From: Eutreptiella sp. 'Long Island Sound 2002'
Taxonomy: Eukaryota > Protista > Euglenida
Length of the DNA: 64,000 nucleotides
Assembly: GCA_964036045.1 (NCBI GenBank)
Contig: OZ038378.1
Coordinates: forward strand, 52,638,001-52,702,000
Direction: 5' to 3'
Positions 24,730 through 36,201 of this stretch are shown in pieces. The notes beneath the pieces were generated by a model. That model was not told the DNA's origin. It searched no databases and was given only the letters and a program-made list of their open reading frames with translations. Numbering within the stretch: position 1 is the stretch's first letter; each line of letters opens with the position of its first letter. Position numbers and translations under genes: made by a program.

Positions 24730-26745
24730 ACAAATTCCTACAAAATTGGTATGAATTTCGTACCAATTTCGCACGAATTCGCCCCACTTTCCACTGTTTC
24801 GCTCTCCTACAACTCTCACAGCCTTTCTTTGACAATGTCTCAAACTCTTTCCCATCTTACGTCCCTGCAATCCCATCCCGATGCTGCTGCTGACAGCCTG
24901 GCGCGGTATCAAGCCCTGCCAGTTGCCCATCACCATATGGAGGAGGCGACCTACCAGCCCAGCGCCCTCACAATGGACGATGTAGTGGCCTGGGCAGCAT
25001 CCCTGGTGCTACCTCGGAGGTAACTCACATTGATTTGTGCAGCCCCTCGCGCAAGTCTTATCTTGGGGGGAAGGCCTGGTCCACAAATTTGTGGAGGGAA
25101 CTCCGCTTCCGGGTTCCCTGCGTTCGTTTTTTTTACCCCCTACCCCAACCTTCCACCATGGACCAGTTGTTGAATGCCATGCGTACTAACCCGGTGGGGA
25201 AGCCCAAGGACGCCCACGTCCACGTGTACCCCAGCACTAACCTGGTGTATACCCCCCACCTGCATTGCGACATGGTGTGCCTTCAAGATCTTGCTACAGG
25301 GGCACCACTTGACGATTCTTTTGTTCCCTTCACTTGGCACCTTTAGGTGGTGGGAGGATTTGGGCTTGGCCCCTTTCCAACCCACCATCCAACCAAAGGT
25401 TGGGATGTCGGAGATCACCCACCCCACTTTCTACAGCACCACTTCTTTGCAATGGTTCCGGGGGTCCTCATGTGACCCTTGCTTCATTTCAAGTGAACCC
25501 CCCCAGCTGCTGTTCAACGCCGGGGTGAGTGAGGAGCAGTCAAGGGATTGTGAAATCCCCCGGCGTTCGCAAAGCAAAAGCTCGCTGGGGTAGGGGGTGG
25601 GGTGGGGGGCCTTTTCAAGAAGTCCCACCCCCCAAATCGTGGAAAGTGTCTTTGAGGTCGGGAAGCTGCACCCAATGACGCCGGGCATCATCGTTGTCGC
25701 AAGTATTGGGAGTGGGGCCTAGCTCCTCCACAATGAAGTTGCCACAGGTCCTAAGGTGCTTCCCCCTTACGACAGGAACATCTCGGGTTGTCACCGGAGT
25801 AGTTTCCTCTGCCTTTCGGAGGAGTACCAGGTGCAGGTGCAGACGGGGACGGCCCTGGGGGAGGCGGTGGAGGTTCGCTAGGATACCATTCACCTGCACA
25901 TGGGGGACATGCTGCTGATGGTGGCCACCAACCGCCACCGTGGGATGCCTGCCCTCCCGGGCGCCAAGGATGCGCTGCAGGGGGCCGGTTTTAACTTGTG
26001 GACCCCCGACGCCAAGCACCGTCACCAGCAGCCCAACACCACCCACCTGGACCCCACCCCCCCTCCTCGAGGCCCTGGGCGTCGCTGGGTGTTTGTCTAG
26101 CTGGGACTGCCCAAGCGTGGACCAGGTGTTGTGGGTGGGGAAGGGGGCGGTTGGGAGGGTGGGGTTGTGGGAGAGAGGGATGCTGCCCAGGCCCCCTTCG
26201 CCGACGCCCCCAAGGCGGTCCCGGCCGGCCCCCCCACCTGCCACTATCACCCCACCTTTCTCTCCCGCTCCGCCCCGGCCACCGACCTTGCCGTGATGGT
26301 GGCCGCGAAGCACTCGGTGCTCTTTTTGTGGGGCCCGTACACCAGATCGAGATCACCAAGGGGGACAACGTGGATGCGGAGTCGGAGATGCACTTCGCCA
26401 TCTCCGGCGTTACGCCCCCGCTGCGGCCGACCATGTTGTGGCGCCTGGGCAACACTGCCCTAGCGTGGCGGCCCCCCAAGTGCACGAAAGCTGAGGCGTG
26501 CTAAATCACCTGTCCGTGTGATTGCAAGGTGTGCCCCCTGTGCATTCGTGTGTGTTTGCTTGCTGTGTTGACAAATTGGACGAAATTCACACGACATTAG
26601 TACTAATTTCGTACGAACAAACGTCTGGGCAGGTGCACATGTGTGCAAATGTGTGCATATAGAAGTTTTTGTGAAATTGGTTTGAAATTCGTATGAAGTC
26701 CGTACAAAGAGGTGCGAATTTTGTCTAATTTGTGTACCGTTTGCG
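24730..26745. mobile_element. Putative non-autonomous unit bracketed by inverted gaaatt/gtacgaa motif clusters, carrying a second 2OG-Fe(II) dioxygenase relic
   Basis: The reverse complement of 24737-24775 (gtgcgaaattggtacgaaattcatacc...) matches 26671-26700 (gtgaaattggtttgaaattcgtatg). Confidence 0.45.
25620..26504 (+). pseudogene. PhyH-like 2OG-Fe(II) dioxygenase relic with a downstream extension
   Basis: A single frame from 25621 reads QIVESVFEVGKLHPMTPGIIVVASIGSGA*LLHNEV...CLSEEYQVQVQTG...R*DTIHLHMGDMLLMVATNRHRGMP...GAGFNLWTP, giving (Q)xLHxE, GDMLL and HRG motifs. Both stops are TAG, where CAG and TGG would fit. Confidence 0.62.
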
Positions 26746-26749
26746 TTCC

Positions 26750-28140
26750 GTTCAGGTGCAGGAGACCGGTGAGGAGAGCGAGCGGGGCAAGGGATCCGGC
26801 GTTGGACAGGCCCCAAGCGCAGCCTGAAGTGAACGGAGCGAGGGGTCCGCGCGCTCAGGACGCAATGCCGGGGGTCGAAGTGAGGCAAGCTCGGGTGCGG
26901 GGCGTGGGCAAGGGGCCGGATGGGAGGTGATGATCCCCATGCCGGCGCGTGAGGACTTGGGCACCGCCCACCTGGACCACCCCCTTGGCCCGGGTCACCC
27001 TGGCCGGCAGGCCGCCGGAGCATGGTTGGTAGCACAGGGTGGTGCCCGGGCCCGACGGGCGGTAGCGGCATCTTTCTGCCGTATGGGAGGTGACCGTGAG
27101 GGCCCGAGGGGTGCACGCGGACCTCCGCATCCGCTTCCCCTGCCACCTTGTGATCTGGGGGGGGTTCCAACCTGCCCGGGGCAGGAGCCGGTGGGCATTT
27201 TTGCCTACCGGCTGGTGAGCGGGCACTAGAAGGTGCAAACGGGGGTGGCGGGGATTCGGGAGCATGGGACGGTGACCACGGCCGGCATCATTGCGCCGGC
27301 CGCGGTTAGGAGTGGTTGGAGGTGGCATGGCTTGCCATGCGCGTCCATGTGGGGAGGATGCGGGGTCAAGGGGGGGGGGTGACGTCATTGACGTTGAGGG
27401 ACAGGAGGACGCCCCCTCTGCCCCCCGCGCCAGGAAGCGGAAAGCCCCCGCCCAGCAGACGCAGGTCTGTCCGCCTCCAAGGCCCCGCGTACAGCGGAGC
27501 GAGCGGCACGTGAGCGGACGAGAGGGGGTGTGGCTGAATGGGTGCAGGAGCAGCAGAAACACAAGACGCGGTGGGTCCGCGCGATGAGCGCGGAGACCGT
27601 GCAGCGCGACGTGGAGGCGCCAGTTGCTAAGGCGAACGAAGATAAGCGGGCTGCGGAGGTGGAGCGTGACGCTCTACGCCGGGACAAGGAGCGCCTCACT
27701 GCCAAGGTGAAGACCTTGGAGCGGGAGGCGGCACAGCGGGCGAGGGCCACGGGTGGCATGGCACCCGGACCGGCGGCAGAGGGGAAGGCCGAGGGCCCGA
27801 CGGCCGAGAGGGGGGGGGGAGGCCTGTCGGCCGTCGAGGGGCGCCCAACGCCGCCGGCAGTCGGTTCCTCTTGGCCGGAGCGCGAGCATGGCATGCACAG
27901 GCAAAGACGGCGGCTGGACAGATGTCGGCCGTCGCCAGGGGCTTGCGCATGGCCATGCTTCACAGCCAAGCGCAGGTCCGGGTCGCGACGGTGGCACCCG
28001 ACCTGGCCAAGGTCACTACTGCCCACGACCAGCTAGCGCAGCAGTAACCCCCCCCCGCCGCCGCCTCACGGCGGCGGCGATGGAGGCCGCCTTTGCGGCG
28101 GCCGAGGAGCAGAGCTCCCAGGGCTCCGCTGGCCAGAAAT
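26750..28140 (+). pseudogene. GC-rich decayed ORF(s) with a coiled-coil segment
   Basis: 27530-28036 has VQRDVEAPVAKANEDKRAAEVERDALRRDKERLTAKVKTLEREA. Neighbouring frames are broken at G/C runs. Confidence 0.3.
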
Positions 28141-28779
28141 CGGGGTGTAATGGCCAGCATAGGTGGTTGGAGGTGGGGGGTGGTCACGAGGCATTGCACC
28201 ACGATACAAATAAACATGCCAAATGTACCGGTCCTGAGCATCACACAGCAGATACAATTTTACCCCCGTGGTATGGGGTTTCCGAGGGAGAAATTGTCTA
28301 AATAAGAATAGGCCCTTGTGTGGGACGATAGATTCATCGCCACACACAATGTCACCTAATACCCACCCATTCTGCCATTGTTCGGTGCACAGCTCAATCA
28401 GGGCATCCACATCCGGATCCGCGAAGCGCTGCAACTTGTAGAACGCCCCACGGTCCGGGAAGAGGTACTCCATGTAGGGGTTGTAGTACATGCTATCCCT
28501 ATCCCATAGGTCATCAATGCGGCGGGGTTGTAGCATTCCGAGACCTAATCGGAAAAGGATGTAGTAGGGAAGCAAGGGGACTAAGTCGGCATGCCCCTTG
28601 GCGCGGAGGCAAATGTCCATGCACTCCATGATGGGCCGCATCATGTACTCATACACTGTGACTGGTGTGTCCGCGGCGCGTGTACCCTCCAATAGGCTGG
28701 TGCCTCGTGCAACACCTTGGGTGAAGTCATACAAAGCCTCATCAGGATCCAAGGGACGCGGTTCCCAATCCGATTGCAT
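28141..28779 (-). pseudogene. piggyBac-like (DDE_Tnp_1_7-type) transposase, 3'-truncated
   Basis: GDESIVPHKG..FRQFLPRKPHTTGVKLYLLCDAQDRYIWHVYLYRG is the typical piggyBac core. ATG at 28779 has a polypyrimidine tract plus CAG 10 nt upstream. Homology ends near YAGHYTP, before the later catalytic Asp residues. Confidence 0.88.
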
Positions 28780-28826
28780 AGTGATTTGACTGCAGAAGAG
28801 GGAAAAGGAAATTTGCTGCACAAGCT

Positions 28827-28969
28827 GCACAAACTGCACGAATTGGCCAGACCGCCCGGTTCGTTTCAGTTTACGAGAAGACCGGTACAGACCGGTCCGC
28901 ACCGGTCCTTGAACAAACTGCACCAATTCATCTAAACTGTCCGGTCCGAGCAGTTCATGCAGTTTATGC
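28827..28969. repeat. Hairpin/MITE-like intronic repeat upstream of the transposase acceptor
   Basis: Ends gcacaaactgcacgaa and ttcatgcagtttatgc are inverted repeats; a ~55-bp core is nearly identical to the core of 29528-29671. Confidence 0.8.
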
Positions 28970-29257
28970 TGGTTGTTGATTTTTCCTATTTTTTACCTCT
29001 TTTCTTTTTATTGTCCAATGATTTGCTACTTTCTATTTGTATTTCTATTTCTATTTCTTTGGGAGGGGGGGGGGAGGGCATGGAGGGGGGGGGTGGCCTC
29101 TTCCTCACAGACTGAGAAGGTCACATGCAATGGGCATTGTAGCAATCCGTTGAACAAACAACATGGGTCCCAATGTTTGAAGAAAGTGTTGTAGAAGCGA
29201 ACACCACCAACGGCATGGCTCACCACGGCAACACCAAGGAAAAGCGGTCCGGGGTGC

Positions 29258-30804
29258 TTTAAGCAGTGCCTGGGACACCAGAGCCAAGGCCAGCATCAAC
29301 ACCCGCATCACCACCACCCGGCCCGGAATCATCGGGATCATCGGGCTCATCATCCTCTTCTGAGCATCCAATTTAGCTTGCAATTGGGCCTCCATTTGCC
29401 TTTGCTTCAGCCGGAACATCGGGTTCACCTTGGTGTTCCCATTCTTCGTGTACCCGCGCACAGAGGCCACCTGCAGCTGCAACCCCTGAGTGCTTGTGTC
29501 CTCAGCCTGGAAAAAAATGCAACAAACTGCACAAACTGCACGAAACGCTCGGACCGCGCGGCTCGTTTCAGTTTACGAGAAGACCGGTACAGACCGGTCC
29601 GGACCGGTCCTTGAACAAACAGCGTAAAACGATCTAAACAGGTTGGTCCGATCATTTCGAGCAGTTTATGCACTTGATACAGTTAACACCTGTGGCTCGG
29701 GATCAATTTCCACGTTTTCCTCAATTTCCTCTTCTTGCTGGGCTTCTTTCTCCTCTTCTTTCTCCTCTTCTTTTATCTCCGTCTTTCCTCCATTGCCTGA
29801 GCTGGCGGCTCCCACTCGCACCTGCAGTGTTATGTTGTACAACGTTACGCTACCCCATGAAATGATAACCACAACCCCGCTACATGGCAACAAACCTTCG
29901 CACTCCGCAAGGCATCCAACTCTTCTTGGAGCCGTTGCTGCTCCCTCTTCTGCCCGGTCACGCATCAGCTGGTCCGCCTGCTCCTGCGCCTCGCGCGCCT
30001 CTTGCTCCTCGCGCGCCCGCTCCAGCTCCTGCCTCTCTCTTTCGGCCTGTGAGAAACAACGAAATGGGACAAACTGCACGAACTGCACGAAACGATCGGA
30101 CCGGAAAGTTCATTTGACTTGGCACAGAGACCGGTCTGGACCGGTCTTGTACAAACAGCATAAACCGATCGAACCGATTGGACCGGACAGTTCGTCTCAG
30201 TTGACACAAAGACCGGTCTGGACTGGTCTTCGAACAAACAGTGCAAACTGCGACAAACTGCAAAAACAGACCTCTTCCAAGGCCCATTGATGCTTTGCTT
30301 CCTCCATTCTTTCCCATTGCCGGGCGAACCAAGGGATCGACGGGATCTCCGCCAAGAGCTCTTCGGTGGTATGGGTGCTCTCCAACGGTTCCTCCCAGTT
30401 GGCATCCGGCAGCTCCCCTTGACGCACCTATGGGCATAAAGGGTTAAGAAAACGAAAGGAACAAGACAAGTCGAAGGGGTGGGGGGGACAATTGATTACC
30501 TGTGTAATCTCATGCTCCGTCCGACAAAGCTCACGGCGCAGCAACTTGTACCGGTTCCGCACGTCCGCAGTCGACACATCCTTCAGCGGGGGCGTGAGGA
30601 GGTCAAGCAACCGCTTCACTGGGGACTGATGGGGACGGGGGGCACCGGTTGCGCCGGTCACGGGGTTGCGGCGGGGGTTGGATCGCGATGAACGGGAGGG
30701 GCTGGGGTCGCGCGGCGGGGAGTAGGGGTCGTAGTCCCCGTGGTCCCGGTCTTCTTTCTTCACCCCACAGCCTCGGCACTTCCCGATGTTGCGCAAGAGG
30801 TCCT
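29258..30804 (-). CDS. Five-exon accessory gene co-oriented with the piggyBac transposase (exons 30804-30500, 30427-30272, 30046-29921, 29821-29690, 29506-~29258); Glu-rich, probably one frameshift in the last exon; 5' exon not found
   Basis: All four internal introns are GT..AG with pyrimidine tracts, and all four junctions are phase 0 and keep the frame open (...RTEHEITQ|VRQGELP...WALEE|AERERQE...APRR|VRVGAASS...PEPQ|AEDTSTQG...). Confidence 0.7.
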
Positions 30805-31894
30805 CTGCAGAAAAACAACACAAAAGCGTATAAACGGGTCGAACCGGTCGGACCGCGCAGTTTAGCGCGTTTTATGCAGTTTGTTCAGCTCAACATGAGA
30901 TAATGTCGCCCTTGACGACACTTGTCTAGTTGCTACAGTAGACTATGACAAAAATAATGACAATTAGAATCAGGGTTGGCCCATCACATGGCCATGGCAC
31001 ACTCAGGTTACCAGCCAGATGGGTGTATTTCTGTACTGTACTGTATTCTGTGTTCAGTTCCATTGCTGCCCATTCACCTATTTCATGGTTGTCTTCTACT
31101 TGATGTGCTGAGGTGCCATTTCCGTGGAGCTCATGGAGAACAGCACGCACTGATTTACCAGTCAGGTCCAGTTCAATTTCCGTTCCCTTCCATTTTGCTC
31201 TGTTGCAGTCCATTGCTGTTTTTGTGTGGTGTGTCCAGGTGGTTACACTTAGGACAGTTTTCCCAGCCAAAGTTGCCAGTTGCGTCCTTCATATTATGCC
31301 TGCCACAACCTGCCGTGCAGAGAGACAAAAATGGTGCAGGCAAAATGACAGCTTGCAGTTCTTTGGCCGGATGTGGGTGCCTACACTGATACACTGCCTG
31401 CGCTGTGTTTAGCCAGTGGCAGACAATGATAGCATACATCCACAGATCAAAGGCACTTGTGCATTGTACTGTTCCGACCTCTGCCCTACCCTCCCTCCCA
31501 TACCCATACCCCTCCTCCCCTTTGTCCATCCCCCTCCCCTGATGGGGGGGGGGGGCGTCACCTGCTAGTTCCCGAAAAGAACACATCAGTGTCATGTTGC
31601 ACAGGACTACGCAGCTGTGAGACGTTCCCAAACATTGCCAGACGTGCACCCAAAGGTGGAAAGCAGCCTGCAGCAAAGCTCGCTGTAGCCAGCTCGTCCA
31701 TCCCTGTTGCTGATGGGCAGAATGTACCGCAGTTCAAGACTATGTTGGACCGTACTAGGGCGTTTTGCACTGTCCCTGTTCAGCAGTAGGGACAGGCAGA
31801 CAACTGATGAATGGATGCAGTGCATTGTGAATTTTGCTTTTTTGCATCATGTGCATGGCGCCATCAGCATCTATGCATGTCAGCGTGTATCACA

Positions 31895-32259
31895 GAGCCT
31901 TGGGCGACGTATAGCAAGCAACTGACCGGCCATGAATTCTGCATAGTATGCACGCGTAAGTGGTTGGTCGGCAGTGGTGTCCATCTCCCCCCTGGGGGGG
32001 GGACCATCAATTTTCGCCAGCCCCCCCTCCCCGGGATGGGGGGGAACCCTTCGTCCCTGGGGGGGGGAGGATGGACAATTGGGGGGATGGTATGCGTGGT
32101 GTGTTTGTGTGTATGTGCATGTGTGTATGCGTGTGTGCATCTGTGGTATGTGTTTCTAAGTGTTTTTTTTTTTAAAGGTGCCTGGTTGTATCCACGACAC
32201 CATGGTGACAAACATGTTTTCACTGGGTACTGGCAGCGGCCTGACGAGACGTCGGACAT
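31895..32259 (-). CDS. Candidate 5' exon(s) of a gene divergent from the TPR gene; weak resemblance to PTPDC1-type phosphatase N-termini
   Basis: MSDVSSGRCQYPVKTCLSPWCRGYNQ and GEMDTTADQPLTRAYYAEFMAGQLLAIRRPRL (LAxxRP-like). Splice sites are not well supported. Confidence 0.2.
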
Positions 32260-32561
32260 TCAGTGAGTTGCTGCATCGCCCCCTCCTTGTCACCCTTTCA
32301 CGCTTTGTTGGGGGGCATGGTGTCACAGAACTGCTTCATTTTGTGCTTTTTACGCCTTTTTTGCTTCTCCAGGATGTCACGATACGAGTATACGCTGACC
32401 GAGTCCCTTGACCCTACTTGGCCAGACAAATGAGACAAGAAAATGCAATGTCTCGTGCGGATTGATTGTCCTTGCCACAGACATCCCACTGGGAGGCCAG
32501 TGCTCCTACTATCTCTTTTCTGACGTGTTTTCAGTGCTTTTTGCTCGGCTGTTGCAGCACA

Positions 32562-32771
32562 ATGGCGCGGACCGTGGCACGAAGGTTGCGCAGGCAGGAG
32601 GTGCGGGAGCAAGCGCGCCCCACACTGCCTGAGCATGAAGAGGCCAACAACTTGTTCAGGGCAGGCAAACACAAGGCGGCTTTGAAGAGGTACAACGAGG
32701 CGATTGAAAAGGATCCTACTGACGCGCGGCTGTTCACCAACCGAGCAGCATGCTTGCTTATCATGGACCGA
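32562..32771 (+). CDS. TPR-repeat protein, exon 1
   Basis: MARTVARRLRRQE...HEEANNLFRAGKHKAALKRYNEAIEKDPTDARLFTNRAACLLIMDR; phase-0 GTATGA donor at 32772; CAG 4 nt upstream of the ATG. Confidence 0.88.
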
Positions 32772-33174
32772 GTATGAGGCAGAGTGAGTTAAGTGTGACC
32801 TGCACAGTACTGTACAAGAGACCGACTCGCATGGTGCCGCAAATGCACATGTGTACTCCATTACTCTCAGTTGTGCTTAGAGAGGAAGGCTCAGCCTGAG
32901 GAGAGGGAAGGGCTGCCCAAAGAGGGGAGCACCCCTGGAGCCCTGGGACACCGGTGCGGAGCAGGGGAAGCAAGCAAGGAATGAGGCACACCCAATTGAG
33001 TGTTATCTGTAATAGACCAGATAATTGGATCTGGCCATGAACATGCTGACATGTTTGTTGGTTTATTTTCCGATTCCAATGTGGAGGTGGCTGATGCTTT
33101 CAGAGTCACCATCAACTTGCAGCCGACCACAATAATTCATTACATACTCCGTCCCCTGGAAGCCACCCATCCAA

Positions 33175-33728
33175 TAACCCCCCCCCCCCAAATAATATTC
33201 ACATCGGTTTAGGATTCAACACCCATTCAATATTCACACCCCCATTTGATATTCACAGCAGAATTACTATTCACGAGCAACAGATTTCAGGCCAGCAGCT
33301 TTGGCTTTGGCTATGCGATCTTCCCTCTTTTGGACACCCTGTTGGATTCCTTATCTGCCTAGAATGGGCACAACAAATTTATATTCAGGTGCACACCGCA
33401 AGGAAGCAAGGGAGGGATTCAAGTATCCCAAGCTGGCAAAAGAATTCAAAACATTCACCCCAGACATGGTTTTTGAGCAGACCTGTAGTGCTGCATTTGC
33501 AAGAAATGCACATTTTTGCTTGGCTGTCTTGGCTTTGTGATAGAAGCTCAATTTCTGACTCTGCAGTACCAATTGACCACCTGTTGTCATCCAGGCTGTG
33601 CACAAAAGCCAAGTGCACGACAATCCCATGTGAATCTTGAACCAACGCGCATTTAATATTCACACCCCCATTTATTATTCGCGGCACTTTAATTCTCACA
33701 TGTGAATATTATTTGGGCGGGGGGCTTA
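33175..33728. mobile_element. MITE in intron 1 of the TPR gene
   Basis: ccccccccaaataatattcacat (33183-33204) is inverted at atgtgaatattatttgggcggggg (33700-33724); TA dinucleotides flank both ends; internal tattcac repeats. Confidence 0.7.
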
Positions 33729-35066
33729 TGCATGCAGCAACAAGACACAGAACTAGCCCCCTCCCCCATTTTGCCCCGCTTTTTCTGGCTCTCAAGCTCA
33801 TGTGGGAAGTCATGTGTCACGTTGATGCAATCATGCATTGTGATGTGCCGCAATGTGATAAATTTATAAGGGTGTCAAACAGGGTGCAGGGCAACTTCCG
33901 CCCGCTGGGCGCGACTGAAAACGAAAACTGCAGGTGGTTGATGGGTTGCATCAGGGCCTCCTGAGTGAATAACGGTAGAGGAGTCAGTGCCAAACTGCAC
34001 TGTGCATGGCATATGAGTGGGACATGCACCTGCTAAGGGAATGCCGTGCACACAATGCGCACGTAGTGCGCATGCCGTGCAAATTTTTGTATGCCGGCAA
34101 CTACTTGAACCCTAGTTTTGGCCCTTTTTCACAAGTTGATTGTTCCATAACAGGTTTTTTTACGCTTCTTGTGCATGGAGGATATGGCACATTTGAATTG
34201 CCACCTATTTTCACCCATTTTCAGCCATTTTAGCCCATTTTCACCCGGTTTTGCTGCACATTCTTTGTTATAGGTGGATGGCGGATAATGATGATGGCGA
34301 ATCACCGGACGTCGTGCATATTTACAATGCAACAAATCGGCAAGTGGGTTGCGACACACTCCTAAGCAAAGTCCAACCTTCATGGCCATTGCCTTGCTAT
34401 CTCTCAGAAGCGATGTCATTTGTGTACTCTCTTTATGAGCTAGCACTTGAACCCCACATCCGCACTCGAATCATCGCAAATCAATAGCATGGCTTATCTA
34501 TAACGGCCCACAAAGTGCTGCATATTGCTACAAGTTGGGCCCCAATCGGGTCAAGGCAGAATGCCTATGTCCCCAGAAGGCTGCCACCATCTTCCAACAC
34601 ACTCATGCAACAGCAGATTGCGCTTGGCCACGGCCACCAACCACCAAGGATATGAAGACCCTTGCGACGCCTGCATGATTTCCTCCCTTCCTCCCCAGCT
34701 AGGTTTTGTTGTGTGGGCATTGCACGCAGTGCCCACGCAGTGCGCATGCAGTGTCCACACAATGTGCACAGTGCGCACGCAGTGCAACAACTTGGCCTAA
34801 TGCAAGCATCCAGACCAGAGTCATTTATTGAAACACGGAACGCAGGGACTGTAGTTGTCACTGCAGCCAAAGATATGACTACGGGAAGCAGTAGGACAAC
34901 AGGAAGAGAAATGCAAATGGTAAAAGGGTTGAACATATTTACTGAGCCTTCAGTGTCTTGTCACATGAAAATGGGGATGGGGGGGATGTATTACCATGGA
35001 GGTTCACTGTAGCTCCGGCCAATCAAATCTGACACTCTTAGCCACCCCTCATCCATGTTTCTGCAG

Positions 35067-35279
35067 CCTTTGGAAGCCGCAGAGGACGCGGATAAAGCGA
35101 TCAAATTGAGGCCAAGGTTCCTCAAGGCCCATTACCGCAGAGCCTGTGCGATGGAGGCACTTGGGAATTTACGCGAGGCCCGAACTTCCCTACGCAATGC
35201 TGAGCAGTGCACTGGCCACAAGCCTGAGTTTAGGCCAATGCTAGAGGCTCTGCGGGAAAAGTGGCTGGTGGACAAAGAG
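35067..35279 (+). CDS. TPR-repeat protein, exon 2 (frame stays open and may extend to ~35382 or 35415)
   Basis: The ctgcag acceptor is phase 0 and joins exon 1 to complete the TPRs: PLEAAEDADKAIKLRPRFLKAHYRRACAMEALGNLREARTSL. GTATGC donor at 35280. Confidence 0.88.
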
Positions 35280-35768
35280 GTATGCGAGTGGGCTGGTGCA
35301 GCCAATCATGCACAGATACTGTTGCACGAAATCCGCAAATTGATGGGGCAGGAAAGGGTTGGGAGGCCACAGCAAATGAAAGGTGCTCATGAAATCAGGG
35401 CAGGGCTTGTAATAGGTCAACTTCAGCACAGGATGGCGATGACGTGGTCCCATGCAGCGCCAAAAGCCACCCCCTTTCAATGCACTGCAGTTGAGAGCCA
35501 AAGATTCTGCTGTAGGGGTCATGGAGGATATGAATGCAAAGCCCACTCTGCCTTTCATCCACAACAACGCACATCCTCCACTCTCCCCAGTCCCCACTTT
35601 TCCGTTCCTCAAGTAGATTCATGTATTGGGTGTGCTTCATAACGCATTTGAAATCCACTCCAATAAGAAGGAGTCGGTACTGCCTGTTGGCATGGGCTGG
35701 TTGGGAGCCTGGTGCACGAGACGAGACAAGATGATGGTCACCTGTGTTACCTGCATTACGCATCACAG

Positions 35769-35813
35769 GTGTGAGAGATGAGTTTGAGACAATTCAGGTC
35801 CTCAGCAACGCGG
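35769..35813 (+). CDS. Candidate micro-exon of the TPR gene (GVRDEFETIQVLSNA)
   Basis: cacag acceptor and GTCAGT donor; phase 1-1, compatible with the next exon. Confidence 0.35.
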
Positions 35814-36062
35814 GTCAGTTTGGGTACACTGTGTGCGCATTGGTGTGGTGTGTTGGCCCATGGCCTTTGGGACCTATTTGCCATGGAGGATCCAAAATTG
35901 GCCAAACTTCAGGCAACCCCATAGCTTCGTATCTAGAATCCTCGTCAATAAGCAGTGCAACGGAAAGCACCGTCTTTCCGTTTTCTTCCCATCTTCTGCC
36001 CCCCCCCCCCCCCCAAAGCCACAATAATAACAATAATAATGGTTGCTTGCTGTTTTTGGCAG

Positions 36063-36201
36063 GGGATAATTATGTTAGAGACCAGCTGTTGGCTAATCCG
36101 AGAGGCCACCAGCATTTGCTGCTTGCAAAGGCATCCAAAAGTGATTTCGTGTGCTTTCAACTATGCCAATGGCTTGATTTGCTTCAGGAAAACCTGGAGA
36201 G
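36063..36201 (+). CDS. Candidate exon of the TPR gene (DNYVRDQLLANPRGHQHLLLAKASKSDFVCFQLCQWLDLLQENLE)
   Basis: tttttggcag acceptor (phase 1); GT donor at 36202 (phase 2), compatible with the exon at 37752. Confidence 0.55.
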
